Part shown: positions 53,686 to 64,000 of the stretch, piece after piece
How the letters are laid out: each line of letters starts with the position of its first letter
Position numbering within the stretch: position 1 is the stretch's first letter
From: a virus
IMG/VR virus record: IMGVR_UViG_3300030102_008089
Coordinates: 32,001 to 96,000 of that record
Reading direction: 5' to 3' (one strand)
Length of the DNA stretch: 64,000 nt
Notes under the pieces: model-generated
The model's database searches: none
Told to the model about the DNA's origin: nothing
The model's input: the letters and a program-made list of their open reading frames with translations, nothing else
Position numbers and translations under genes: made by a program

Positions 53686-56600
53686 ATGTCAATAACAGAT
53701 AGACAAAGAAAAATTGTAAATCCTTACGCTGATTCTCTTTTGACAGAAGAGAGGTCAGGTGCTGGGTACGACTATGAAAGCGTCAGGAATCGCTTTGTTC
53801 TGGATGCGATCCACGAGAGATATATTTACTTTTTTCAGTTTCCTAAAGTTGGTGATGCGCTCAATGTTGATGAGGAGCAAGGAATACAAAACCCTCAAGT
53901 AAGTCAACAAGATCTTTTGGCTTATTTTGCACTATATCCGCAGAATGGAAAATTAGTCGATGGACAAGTGGTCGAACTAAGTGTTGAAGAGGCATACGAA
54001 CAATTACAAACAATAATAGATCTTCTTTCTCAAAATAATGTTCTAGATAGATATTTATCAAAAACAAGTGAATTGTCATACGAAGAGGCTTTTCAAAATA
54101 GGCAAAATTTAGCCAACTTAATTGCCATACCGCCAGCACATTCTAATTCCTATAGAAGAAGTTTGAGATCTGCTTTTTCTTTGCCAAACGATCAGTATAG
54201 CAGTGAAGTAAACCTAAGCGGCATTGATCTATCTGCGAGAGCAAGCACATATGTTATTGCAAATACTAATGTAGATCTATATGACTGGAGAAAAAACTGC
54301 GAACCAGGGCAACGACAGAATGTTTATTACAATTCTGTTGATAGGAACTATTATTTTACAAACAGAACAGACATTGTATCTGTTCAGGAAGCGCCAGGTT
54401 ATGTATTGAATATCTTAAGAGGTGTTCCCGATGGACAGGCAGAGTGGGAAAGATCTTCACGCCTAGCAAAAGAACAATATTCTGATGCTGTAGCAAAAGG
54501 AATAAGTGAGATTTTATTGGCAACAGGGAAAAATTCTGAAGAAAACTTAGCAAGCATAAGTGATATATTTTTACCACCAAATACATTTAGGTTGTATACA
54601 TATCTCGATCCTCGACCTGGATCTCGATGGACATATGCGGTTAAAATCCCATCAGAATCTATCAATATTTTGCCCGAACCATCAGGCACAGAAACCTCTA
54701 GAGAAGAAACAGAAATATCACCCTTACAAAAAGCAAAAAGAATTATTGGAGAACAAAACAAAAGTAGTCAAAGTGTCAGATTTCAAGTCGAGGATATGAT
54801 AAGATACGTTTACTATGGCAAAAAGCTTCTAAAAAAATACGACAAAAACTTATTTGAATTATCGCTTCGTTCGAATATGTTGTCGGGGATTGATCTTGAC
54901 AGGGAGGCGTTCCGTATAAACAATTTTTTCGACCTGCTAGAATTGTTTTATAGCTTCAATAAGATAACACTCCAAGACACTGATTTTATTGAGATGTATT
55001 TTACCAGTGATTATTCTTTGGAATATATTGTTGTAAACGGATCATTTTATTATCAGGGGACAGGAACAACAACATTTTTAAACCAAGAGGAAAAGCCAAG
55101 AGTTTTAGACGCTTTTTCAATTTTTACGCCAACTACTTTTTCTATAATAAAAAATAGCGAACAAATCTACAATGAAGCAAAGATAACCTCGCCAGACAAC
55201 AGAAAAAATGTCTTAACTTTTATGACTGAGTATTTGTATCCGCTGTTGGATCTTGATAATATCAAAAGAACAGAAGCAGCAAAACAAGAGATAGAAAAAA
55301 GAAAGCGACAAAAAAGAAAAAAACTATTTGAAACCTATAAGCGTGTAACGGGCGGGAGACCCGAAGATTTTGAGTTTTTATATTCTAATCGACCACTATC
55401 TTATACTCTTACAAATACTTTGAAAAATATGGATTGTGATACTGGACAATCTTTTGTTCTTGGTCAAGCTTTACTTCTATGGAAAAATTTAGAGAGCAAA
55501 ACACCACTACAATCAGTAATAAGACAAGTGATAATTCTTCTTCGTGACGAGGTTATCGAAGATGAGGTAGCAAAAAGACTCCTTACAGAATCAGACCAGT
55601 TTATTAGGGATCCTTCTCTTTTTAGGAGAGATATCAAAAAATTTATTGACGATCAAATATTTTGTTCTTTGGATGTCATTGGTGATTTTATAGAAGATCA
55701 ATTTTTAGATCCGCTTGGGCTACCGCCAGAAGCAAATCGTCTAACAAGACAAGTTATTAACGGAACGCCTAAAATAGAATTCAAAAAGTGCTCAATGGTG
55801 TCTCTAAAGGCAAACCAGTCGGCAATATACCAAAAGATGCTAGAATCTATTTTATTGAATTTTTTGAAATCAATTCTGGCTGGACTAGCCAAAGATTTAC
55901 TAAAAGCAGTCTTAGGTTGTGGGCCAGATGACCAGAATACAGATTTAAAAAATTCTATTCGTAAACAAGATTTTGGCGTTATAAACTTAATGAACTTTCT
56001 AGACAATGTTGATATTGTTGCTGCCGCCAATATGGTAGGTTTAAAGCAAAGAATAGACGGGCAAAGCGAAGATGTAACCTTGGAGCAAATGTCTAATTTT
56101 ATAGAAGACGTCTCTTTGATGTCAACGCCAATAGAAATACAACAACTTCTAAATGGCGACGCAACTAATGATCTTCTTCGTCACTTAATAGAAACTGTTA
56201 AGGGCACAAAAGATATTAATCAAATGAGAGGACAAGACCCAATTCAGATAATTGTTTCTGACTATTCCACGGTTAATTTTACCACTGAAAGAATCTCTGA
56301 ATTTTTCTTTACAATTGGAGAGGCTCTTGACGGTCGATTTGGAGACCTCGGAGAAACAGGGTTAACATCTCCTTTAGAAGCATATTGTAATTCAAGAGAT
56401 GGACTATTAGACCCTTTATCGTTACAGTTCACAGAACCTGAGTTTGAAGCCCAGTACAATGACATAATTAATAGCAAAATAGCAAAAATTAATACTTACT
56501 GTAATTTTTTAAGAGATTTTACGAATATTGAATTAGAGATTCAAAGGTTAGTAGAATCATTACCAGGGTTGCAGTGGTATGATGATTTATTGAAAGAAAT

Positions 56601-59490
56601 TGCTGGAATTTCTAATAGATTTGCTGAGTGGGTTGCAAGTTTGTTTTCAGATCTGTTTGAGAAAGAACAGATTACAAGACAACAACCTGTGTATAACCTC
56701 TATAATTCAAAAATGGGAACAGAGTTATTTTATCAAATATTCTTCGCACTAAGAGAGGTGCTAATAAATCAGTTGTACTTTAGTAATTCGGGTACTTTTT
56801 TTCAAACCCCAGCAGGTTTTTCTTATAATAGGCTTGGGTATAGAGCGACATTGGAAGATGATTTTTTTGGACAAGATGACGTACAAATCAGGGGAAACTT
56901 TGGGGGCAGATATAACCAGTATACACAAAGAAATGTATATAAATATATTTGGTCTGACCCACGCCATGGCGCCACTATAGCCCCGAAGAGACTTAACATC
57001 CCTCAGTATCGAAACCCTATAGTACCACCATATGATCATATGGATGCAGCTTACTATAGTGTAAGAAATTCTCCAGCTAGATTAATAAAAACTTTGGGTC
57101 GTTTGCTGTCTCCAGCAAATATTGAAAAAATAAATTATGGAGGACCTCGGCGTGCCGATAATATTGTTGAAGCCTTCAGAGATATCGGCGAAGATGGTAA
57201 CCAAGAGTTTAGATATTTATCCTCAGTATCTAATACAGTCTATGATTATTTGGCAAGAGTAGAACAAGCTCCTGTAGGCGGCGGCTGGACAGGTGCCACA
57301 TATTTAAGATGTTCTCCATCCTCAAGGGGAGATATACAAATATTTTTTAACTCAAAACCAACAGGACAATTTGATGAACAGAGTCGGTACACTCCAACAG
57401 AAATATTTAACGAGTTGTCTAACAACTCTTCAGAGGCACCTGTAGGCATACAGGGGGATTATAATCTAATTGATTATCGAATTTTTGAAGGGACAGAATT
57501 TGATGGATCCCAAATATCTGTCAATAATTCATATAGGTTACAGATAAATGGAGTAGAACTACCAACGTTAGATAGTGGAGCAACTATAGATTATATGGGA
57601 AGTTTGTCTATTGGCATTAATAACACTGAAACCGTAGACAGTCGATCAGGGGTGTATAGCCGATTTAAAAATATTCTTATTATGCAAAATTATACACAAA
57701 GAATTGACGACCTGATAAACAATTCTGTTATTAATGATATTGGAAGAAGAAGAATGCCGAAATATGTGGTAGCTTTGAATAAACCAGCGCTACAAAAAAC
57801 AGACGATATCTGTGTTACAACCGAAGATATTGTTCGTGGCGATGCTGGATTAAAAAAAGTTCAAGCAAATATGTTCTCTTTCTTTATGAATATTATGCCA
57901 ATGGCTTCTCCCTATCCCAACTGGAGAAGCGAGGGAACTGTTCAAGTCATTAAACAGTATCTAACAAACAAATTAATCGAAGACTTAAAAGACAAAGATA
58001 TTCTTGGGTCTTTTTATGAGTTAATACCATTTATTCGCCTTGTATATCCGAGAGTTGAGGGGGATGATCAATTTCGTAAGAATCCAATTATTTTGGATAG
58101 CCTAACACCTCTTGAGAACACAAGAAACATTGTAGAAGCAGTTTATGTGGGGATGCTAGACAATATCTCAAAAACGTCAGAATATAGCTCTGTAAATAAA
58201 TCGATGTTTGACCCATCAACCCAGTTAAATAGATACAAAGAATTATTAGGTAGATTTTATCTTGAGATACACAGGTCTAATAATTTTGCTAATTTCTTAC
58301 CAAGCAACGTTCGAAATGATCAAAATGCTGTAAATCAATCCAGAGACCTTCTTGGTAGTTTTTATGAAATACTTGAAAATGAAGATTTTAAACCAGTAGC
58401 AACAGATCTAGGAGTAGTTGCTGGAACTTATTATTTTCCAGCAGCATTTCAAATAGCGTCGTATATGATTTATCTTGACAAAGGAATTAAATATAGCGAA
58501 AGATATTCAGATATGAACTATAGAATGCTGTTAGAAGAAGCGGGTGCCGACGACGGACTTCTAACAGCAATCAAGGGTCAATTGGTTCAAAGGTTTACTC
58601 CCAGTTTTATTGGGTTTCCAGCGATTCAAGATACTTATCTTCAATTTCAAAGAGACCAAGAAGGCATACGACTACCAGCAGACTACTCTAATAATTTAAA
58701 TGCGTCTGCATATGAGTTTGATTCAGATATGTTCAGTATTACATATTTTAATTCCCGTCAAATTAAAGGGAGGATAAAGCATCTTGAAAGGATTTTAAAA
58801 CTTATTGATGATGGTGCTGGTTTTGACATACGGAAAGCAGAGCAGCTTGGAATTAATGAGGAATTAATTAGTGAGTACAGTGAAGAAGATCAGCCAGGTT
58901 TTTTGTTTGCGATGAGAAGAGGGTATAATCAAGTAAGGTTAAGCAACGATCAACCACCTATTGTTCAACTACAAAATGATGGACCTTATGAAATAAGGAC
59001 AGACAATAATGCCCCTCATGAAATATTAACTGTAAGCAACTTTCCATTTTCTGACATCCGAGAGAATGACATATTAAGATCTTTAAATTTTGCGATAAAT
59101 ATCTACGGAGATGAAAACTACTCCTATAGGACACCTCAACGAGGAATCCCAGATCGAAATTTTAGACCCAACGATGATGACGAGGAGCCCCCAAGACCAT
59201 CTGATTTATTTTTAGTAGAAAGATTTAATCTTGATACGGTAGATTTAGATGAAAATGGATTATCTCAAAGAGATAGGGTGGTCGCTATTCTGGAATCGAT
59301 AACACAAAGAATAAGAGCAGGAGAAACACCACTTCAGGACCTAGTATCAACTAGGGCTGCGGATACAAATAGGTCTCGTCCAGAATATTTCTTGTCCTCG
59401 TTATTCTTAGACGTAGCACCTGTTGGAGATCGAGTTTTCATATTGGAAGAAAAAAACGCACTGGAAAAACTAATTATTCGAGATGAGTAA
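53686..59490 (+). CDS. Very large hypothetical virion protein (1934 aa)
   Basis: Uninterrupted ORF between spike and wedge genes; ACTAAGTAT motif upstream. Confidence 0.75.
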   Translation: MSITDRQRKIVNPYADSLLTEERSGAGYDYESVRNRFVLDAIHERYIYFFQFPKVGDALNVDEEQGIQNPQVSQQDLLAYFALYPQNGKLVDGQVVELSVEEAYEQLQTIIDLLSQNNVLDRYLSKTSELSYEEAFQNRQNLANLIAIPPAHSNSYRRSLRSAFSLPNDQYSSEVNLSGIDLSARASTYVIANTNVDLYDWRKNCEPGQRQNVYYNSVDRNYYFTNRTDIVSVQEAPGYVLNILRGVPDGQAEWERSSRLAKEQYSDAVAKGISEILLATGKNSEENLASISDIFLPPNTFRLYTYLDPRPGSRWTYAVKIPSESINILPEPSGTETSREETEISPLQKAKRIIGEQNKSSQSVRFQVEDMIRYVYYGKKLLKKYDKNLFELSLRSNMLSGIDLDREAFRINNFFDLLELFYSFNKITLQDTDFIEMYFTSDYSLEYIVVNGSFYYQGTGTTTFLNQEEKPRVLDAFSIFTPTTFSIIKNSEQIYNEAKITSPDNRKNVLTFMTEYLYPLLDLDNIKRTEAAKQEIEKRKRQKRKKLFETYKRVTGGRPEDFEFLYSNRPLSYTLTNTLKNMDCDTGQSFVLGQALLLWKNLESKTPLQSVIRQVIILLRDEVIEDEVAKRLLTESDQFIRDPSLFRRDIKKFIDDQIFCSLDVIGDFIEDQFLDPLGLPPEANRLTRQVINGTPKIEFKKCSMVSLKANQSAIYQKMLESILLNFLKSILAGLAKDLLKAVLGCGPDDQNTDLKNSIRKQDFGVINLMNFLDNVDIVAAANMVGLKQRIDGQSEDVTLEQMSNFIEDVSLMSTPIEIQQLLNGDATNDLLRHLIETVKGTKDINQMRGQDPIQIIVSDYSTVNFTTERISEFFFTIGEALDGRFGDLGETGLTSPLEAYCNSRDGLLDPLSLQFTEPEFEAQYNDIINSKIAKINTYCNFLRDFTNIELEIQRLVESLPGLQWYDDLLKEIAGISNRFAEWVASLFSDLFEKEQITRQQPVYNLYNSKMGTELFYQIFFALREVLINQLYFSNSGTFFQTPAGFSYNRLGYRATLEDDFFGQDDVQIRGNFGGRYNQYTQRNVYKYIWSDPRHGATIAPKRLNIPQYRNPIVPPYDHMDAAYYSVRNSPARLIKTLGRLLSPANIEKINYGGPRRADNIVEAFRDIGEDGNQEFRYLSSVSNTVYDYLARVEQAPVGGGWTGATYLRCSPSSRGDIQIFFNSKPTGQFDEQSRYTPTEIFNELSNNSSEAPVGIQGDYNLIDYRIFEGTEFDGSQISVNNSYRLQINGVELPTLDSGATIDYMGSLSIGINNTETVDSRSGVYSRFKNILIMQNYTQRIDDLINNSVINDIGRRRMPKYVVALNKPALQKTDDICVTTEDIVRGDAGLKKVQANMFSFFMNIMPMASPYPNWRSEGTVQVIKQYLTNKLIEDLKDKDILGSFYELIPFIRLVYPRVEGDDQFRKNPIILDSLTPLENTRNIVEAVYVGMLDNISKTSEYSSVNKSMFDPSTQLNRYKELLGRFYLEIHRSNNFANFLPSNVRNDQNAVNQSRDLLGSFYEILENEDFKPVATDLGVVAGTYYFPAAFQIASYMIYLDKGIKYSERYSDMNYRMLLEEAGADDGLLTAIKGQLVQRFTPSFIGFPAIQDTYLQFQRDQEGIRLPADYSNNLNASAYEFDSDMFSITYFNSRQIKGRIKHLERILKLIDDGAGFDIRKAEQLGINEELISEYSEEDQPGFLFAMRRGYNQVRLSNDQPPIVQLQNDGPYEIRTDNNAPHEILTVSNFPFSDIRENDILRSLNFAINIYGDENYSYRTPQRGIPDRNFRPNDDDEEPPRPSDLFLVERFNLDTVDLDENGLSQRDRVVAILESITQRIRAGETPLQDLVSTRAADTNRSRPEYFLSSLFLDVAPVGDRVFILEEKNALEKLIIRDE

Positions 59491-59887
59491 CTTACAAGGC
59501 ATATCACCAAGGATTCCATTAGTGTACGACAGTACAGATGGGCCTTACCAACTTAATAAAACCTTAAAGCAAACCTTTAGGCAAAATTTAAAAATGCTTG
59601 TCTTGACTATGCCTGGTGAAAGAATAATGGAACCAGACTTTGGTGTTGGTTTATATGGGTTTTTGTTTGATTCCATTACAGAGGACACTTTCACTAATAT
59701 TTCTGAGAAAATAAAAGAGCAAATAGACATCTACATACCAGCGATAAATCTTACAGAAATAGCTTTTGTTACCAGTGATGAGGATTCTACTTTGAGTTTT
59801 AATGAGGTAAGAATAAGTATAAAATATAATATTTTACCCTTTAACGGAAGTGATGAACTAATAATAACCTCGACGATGACTAATTAA
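59483..59887 (+). CDS. Baseplate wedge gp25-like protein
   Basis: NLKMLVLTMPGERIMEPDFG..L..FLFD. Confidence 0.9.
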   Translation: MSNLQGISPRIPLVYDSTDGPYQLNKTLKQTFRQNLKMLVLTMPGERIMEPDFGVGLYGFLFDSITEDTFTNISEKIKEQIDIYIPAINLTEIAFVTSDEDSTLSFNEVRISIKYNILPFNGSDELIITSTMTN

Positions 59888-59903
59888 TATCGGGAAAAAC
59901 AAA

Positions 59904-61700
59904 ATGGCAAAAAGACCGATAAATTATACAAGCAGAGATTTTGAGTCCATTAAGAATGACTTAGAAAATTATGCTAAACGTTACTATCCTACTACATTCA
60001 AAGATTTTAGTGAAGCTTCTTTTGGTGCTTTAATGTTGGATTTAGTTGCATATGTGGGAGATCAGCTTTCCTTTTATGCAGATTTCCAAACAAATGAAAG
60101 TTTTCTTGACAGCGCAATTAGATATGATAGTGTTGTTAGGTTATCCGAGACCCTCGGATATAAAAATCAGGGCGCTGCTAAGTCAACTGGACAAGTAGCT
60201 ATATTTATGCTTGTACCAGTATCGTCTAATTCTAGATCTCCAGATGTAAATTATTTTCCGATTTTACAAAGAGGGACAATCATCTCAGGGGAGAATGGTG
60301 CCGCCTATACTTTAACAAATGATGTTGATTTTACAGATCCCAATAATCAAATAACGGTAGCCAGAACTGACACAACAACAGGTAACCCAACATTTTTTGC
60401 TGTAAAAGCATTCGGTCAGGTTGTTTCTGGTCGTCAATTTGAGGATCAAATAACAGTGGGTGATTATCAAAGATTTTTAACCCTGGATCTTGGTAGGAAT
60501 AATGTAACAGAAGTTTTATCTGTAAAGGACTCTCAGGGTAACGAATATTTTGAGGTTGAAAACCTATCTCAGGATGTTGTCCTGAAGCAGGTTAAGAATG
60601 TAGATAGTTCAACAAGAGATGATGTTGCTTACTCTATGCGAGTTATGCCTGTGCCCAGAAGATTTACAACAAGGTTCAATGTAGATGGATCAACAACACT
60701 TCAGTTTGGTTATGGGTCTGAGGATAATCTAACTGGTGATCTTGTCGCTGACCCCGCAGACGTTGTACTTAACGTAAACAGTAAGCCTTATGTTTCCGAG
60801 ACGACTTTTGACCCTACAAACTTAATAAAGACCGACAAGTTCGGAGTTGTCCCAACAAATACAACTCTTACAGTAATTTATACAGCAAATACTTCAAATG
60901 TATCAAATGCCTCTGTTGGCAGTATTAACAATATTTCGAGTCCAAAACTTCTTTTTAATGACAGGTCACAATTGTCTGAGGCCGTTATTGATATCATAGT
61001 AAGTTCGATTGAGGTAGATAATGAAGAGCCAATAACTGGTGATAGTGAGCCCCTCACAGCAGATGAGATAAGGATTAGAGCACTTGGATCCTACGCTACA
61101 CAAAGTCGTGCAGTGACCAGAGAAGATTATATGAACTTGGCCTATCGTATGCCTCCAAAATTTGGAAAAATCAAAAGAGCAAATGTGATAAGAGATGAAA
61201 ATTCTTTTAAAAGAAATCTGAACATGTATGTTTTGTCTGAGGACTTCCTTGGTAACTTGTCAGTGCCAAACTCTGTATTGAAAGAAAATCTCAAAGTATG
61301 GTTAGACAATTATAGAATGATCAATGATACAATTGATATTCTTGATGGGAAAGTAATAAACTTTGGTATTAAGTATGAGATAATATCTGACATAGATGCA
61401 AATCGTTTTGATTTGTTAGAGCAATGTAACGAAGCTTTGAAGAGTGATTTCCTGACAATAAAGTTCGGACTAGGAGAGTCTGTATACCTCTCAGAGGTGT
61501 ATAAAATACTTAATGATGTGCCAGGAGTTACAGATACAAGAAATGTTGAATTTTATAATCTTAATGGTGGAGTTTATAGTAACTATATTTACGACATTGA
61601 TTCAAACATATCTAGAGATGGAAGGTATCTTATTGTCCCCCCTGATTCAGCAGCAGAAATTCTTTTCCCAGATACTGATATTTTAGGAGTTATCGTGTAA
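59904..61700 (+). CDS. Baseplate wedge gp6/J-like protein
   Basis: YTSRDFESIK, DFSEASFG, NESFLDSA, FGYG, QSRAVTREDY. Confidence 0.9.
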   Translation: MAKRPINYTSRDFESIKNDLENYAKRYYPTTFKDFSEASFGALMLDLVAYVGDQLSFYADFQTNESFLDSAIRYDSVVRLSETLGYKNQGAAKSTGQVAIFMLVPVSSNSRSPDVNYFPILQRGTIISGENGAAYTLTNDVDFTDPNNQITVARTDTTTGNPTFFAVKAFGQVVSGRQFEDQITVGDYQRFLTLDLGRNNVTEVLSVKDSQGNEYFEVENLSQDVVLKQVKNVDSSTRDDVAYSMRVMPVPRRFTTRFNVDGSTTLQFGYGSEDNLTGDLVADPADVVLNVNSKPYVSETTFDPTNLIKTDKFGVVPTNTTLTVIYTANTSNVSNASVGSINNISSPKLLFNDRSQLSEAVIDIIVSSIEVDNEEPITGDSEPLTADEIRIRALGSYATQSRAVTREDYMNLAYRMPPKFGKIKRANVIRDENSFKRNLNMYVLSEDFLGNLSVPNSVLKENLKVWLDNYRMINDTIDILDGKVINFGIKYEIISDIDANRFDLLEQCNEALKSDFLTIKFGLGESVYLSEVYKILNDVPGVTDTRNVEFYNLNGGVYSNYIYDIDSNISRDGRYLIVPPDSAAEILFPDTDILGVIV

Positions 61701-61701
61701 A

Positions 61702-63195
61702 ATGGCTATAAAAAAATATTACGCTACAAAAGATAACACGATATCTAACGCTTTCAAGAGCAATCTTTTAACGAGGGCTACTGGGTCTAATATGGGCGCA
61801 GCAGATATCTTAGAGGTTTTTGTAATACACGGACAAACTTCCGCATCAGTTAGTACCGAAAACGCTGAACAGAGTAGGGTAATTATTGAGTTTCCAATCG
61901 ATTCAATTCAGGCGGATATGAATAACGGCGTTTTGCCAACAAGTACAGGAAGTATTCAGTTTTACCTAAATTTGTACAATGCTCCTCATGGCTCTTCAAC
62001 GCCTACAGAGTTCAACCTAGACGTGAAGATGTTAGCCCAGGCTTGGAGTGAGGGTCGTGGACTTGATATGGACAACTATTCAGATTCAGGTGTATCTAAT
62101 TGGATTTCCGCCTCATCTACCGCAGAGTGGGGAACAACAGGAAGCTCATTTATAGGTGGTGTAAATACCTCTGCAAGTGTATCTTTTACTACAGGAATTG
62201 AAAACATATCGGTAGATGTGTCTGAGCAAGTTTATAAATGGTTAGACGCAACAAACAATTATGGATTCCTTATAAAATTCCCAGACAGTATTGTTTCAGG
62301 GTCTGACTCTTATTATACAAAGAAATTTTTTGCAAGAACTAGTGAATTTTATCATTACCAACCAACAATTGAGGCTCGATGGGATTCTTCAAGAAAAGAT
62401 AATAGAGGAAACTTTTTTATTAGCAGCAGTTTGGCAACTTCTGATGACAATAGGAACACCCTATTTCTGTACAATGTGATCAGGGGAGAGTTAAAAAACA
62501 TACCAGGACTAGATGATAATAAGTTGATGGTTGAGTTGTATTCTGGAAGCACAGCACCAGAAGGATCTGCTTTGTATGTTGATGATTCTTCAGGAACATC
62601 AGTTACCGCAATAACTGGTGGATTACTCATAGAGAATGGTACCACAGTAACAGGCGTATACACAGCGTCATTCGCTTCAACCAGCAGCCTAACCACCGTG
62701 TATGATGTGTGGCACACAGGCTCAGGGGGCTCAAGAATAGAATTCTATACAGGATCATATGAACCAATTGGAGTTGAGACAAGCGACCTTCAATATGATA
62801 AAAAATATTTAACTTCTATAACAAATTTAGACAGTTCATATGAGAAGGGTCAAAAGCCAAATCTTAGAGTGTTTATTCGTGAAAAAAACTGGAGTCCTAC
62901 AATATACACCGTGGCATCCTCAAAAGTAGATACAACAATAATAGAAGATGCTTATTATAGAATTTTTAGGTCAATTGATAACTTAGAAATAGTGCCTTAT
63001 GGAACTGGAAGCTCAAACAACAACTTCACTCGTTTGTCATATGATGTAAGCGGGAACTATTTTGAATTAGACACCTCGTGTTTAGAACAAGGCTACTCAT
63101 ATGGAATTCAGTTTGCCTACTATTTACAGGGTGAATACCAACAACAGCCAGAGGTATTCAAATTTAAGATAGAAGAAGATAGCCTGTATGAGTAG
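61702..63195 (+). CDS. Virion structural protein (baseplate/tail associated)
   Basis: Ser/Thr-rich beta-type sequence; position after the gp6-like gene. Confidence 0.65.
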   Translation: MAIKKYYATKDNTISNAFKSNLLTRATGSNMGAADILEVFVIHGQTSASVSTENAEQSRVIIEFPIDSIQADMNNGVLPTSTGSIQFYLNLYNAPHGSSTPTEFNLDVKMLAQAWSEGRGLDMDNYSDSGVSNWISASSTAEWGTTGSSFIGGVNTSASVSFTTGIENISVDVSEQVYKWLDATNNYGFLIKFPDSIVSGSDSYYTKKFFARTSEFYHYQPTIEARWDSSRKDNRGNFFISSSLATSDDNRNTLFLYNVIRGELKNIPGLDDNKLMVELYSGSTAPEGSALYVDDSSGTSVTAITGGLLIENGTTVTGVYTASFASTSSLTTVYDVWHTGSGGSRIEFYTGSYEPIGVETSDLQYDKKYLTSITNLDSSYEKGQKPNLRVFIREKNWSPTIYTVASSKVDTTIIEDAYYRIFRSIDNLEIVPYGTGSSNNNFTRLSYDVSGNYFELDTSCLEQGYSYGIQFAYYLQGEYQQQPEVFKFKIEEDSLYE

Positions 63196-64000
63196 ATTAA
63201 AGGACTTATATCAAAACAACAAGCAAGGAACAACTGTTGGGAAATATCTCAATAGCAGTTCTCCTGATAATTTAGGAGGAGGCATAGAGTCAGAGGCTCA
63301 TTTAAAATCCCTTGTTAAAAAGAATAATTATTTTCTACCACCCATAGATTATTCAAAGCCAGAAAACTTTGTTAAGTTTGGTTCGGCATATGAGTATTAC
63401 AAAAACACATTTGAATATATTTCTAGTTACTACCCTTACGATGGTTCTGGTTTGGAAAAAACAAACTTTTTCAATGATATAAATCCCTTAGAAAAATATA
63501 TGCTAGAGGAAGTATATCCACGATCAACAGGTTTTGTCACAATAGGCGCAACCTATGGAGCGATATCATCAGATGCTAGTGGATACTTCTCATCTTCTGC
63601 TCAATATATTCAAGCAAAAGGTGGTCCTCACCTTAATACAAAATTTAACGAATCAGAAAATAGAACTTCGAATCTAGAGTTTGGCGGGCCTAGTGGATCT
63701 ACAGTTGAATTTTTCCTGAAGAAAAACGATTTGATAGATGAAAATTCTAGCTCTAGGCGGCAAGTCATCCTCGATGTAACAAATGGTGTTACAGAATCCA
63801 CACAAGTAGATTACGGCAGGTTCAGGATAGAATTAATATCAGGTTCAGAAACACAGTTTAATGTACTGATGCTATCAGGCACTAATGGGTTTAATAATGT
63901 CTTAGTTCCTTCTACTCCTAATCAAATAACAATCTCTGATGGCTCTTGGAGACATTTTTCGTTTGCCTTCAATACAAAACCAGCGTCAGGATCTCCGTAT
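63188..64000 (+). CDS. Virion structural protein, 3'-truncated by window end (absent from ORF track)
   Basis: Open frame from ATG 63188 (MSRLKDLYQ...FVKFGSAYEYY...YPYDGS) to the edge; the end shows a LamG-like VEFFL...WRHFSF pattern. Confidence 0.8.
   Translation, partial: MSRLKDLYQNNKQGTTVGKYLNSSSPDNLGGGIESEAHLKSLVKKNNYFLPPIDYSKPENFVKFGSAYEYYKNTFEYISSYYPYDGSGLEKTNFFNDINPLEKYMLEEVYPRSTGFVTIGATYGAISSDASGYFSSSAQYIQAKGGPHLNTKFNESENRTSNLEFGGPSGSTVEFFLKKNDLIDENSSSRRQVILDVTNGVTESTQVDYGRFRIELISGSETQFNVLMLSGTNGFNNVLVPSTPNQITISDGSWRHFSFAFNTKPASGSPY

Overview
This 64 kb AT-rich window is a gene-dense fragment of a large (jumbo-type) tailed bacteriophage with a contractile-tail baseplate. It reads in the standard bacterial code, and nearly all genes are on the + strand. 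From left to right: (i) an Smr-like gene, a PilX-like pilin, and a cassette of enzymes (ParB/Srx-like, zincin, ADP-ribosyltransferase-like) sharing an N-terminal W/L-x-x-F/I-L/I-x-E leader that resembles T4 capsid-targeting sequences; (ii) a complete yeaH-spoVR-prkA module, cysK and a eukaryote-type phosphomannomutase; (iii) small early genes behind sigma70-type promoters; (iv) seven tRNAs in two arrays flanking a putative restriction-modification pair and tilS, whose stop codon abuts a tRNA(CAU), and including an unusual tRNA-Ser(AGA) with U73; (v) a tail-fibre-like gene with 90-bp repeats and a nested start, a J-domain protein, and myxobacterial-style vWA and trypsin lipoproteins; (vi) tmRNA, PIN-PhoH and a Cas4-like nuclease; (vii) a ~19.5 kb nucleotide-sugar/glycosyltransferase island; (viii) a gp55-like sigma factor and baseplate genes running off the right end. 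All calls come from motif recognition by eye; no database searches were run.
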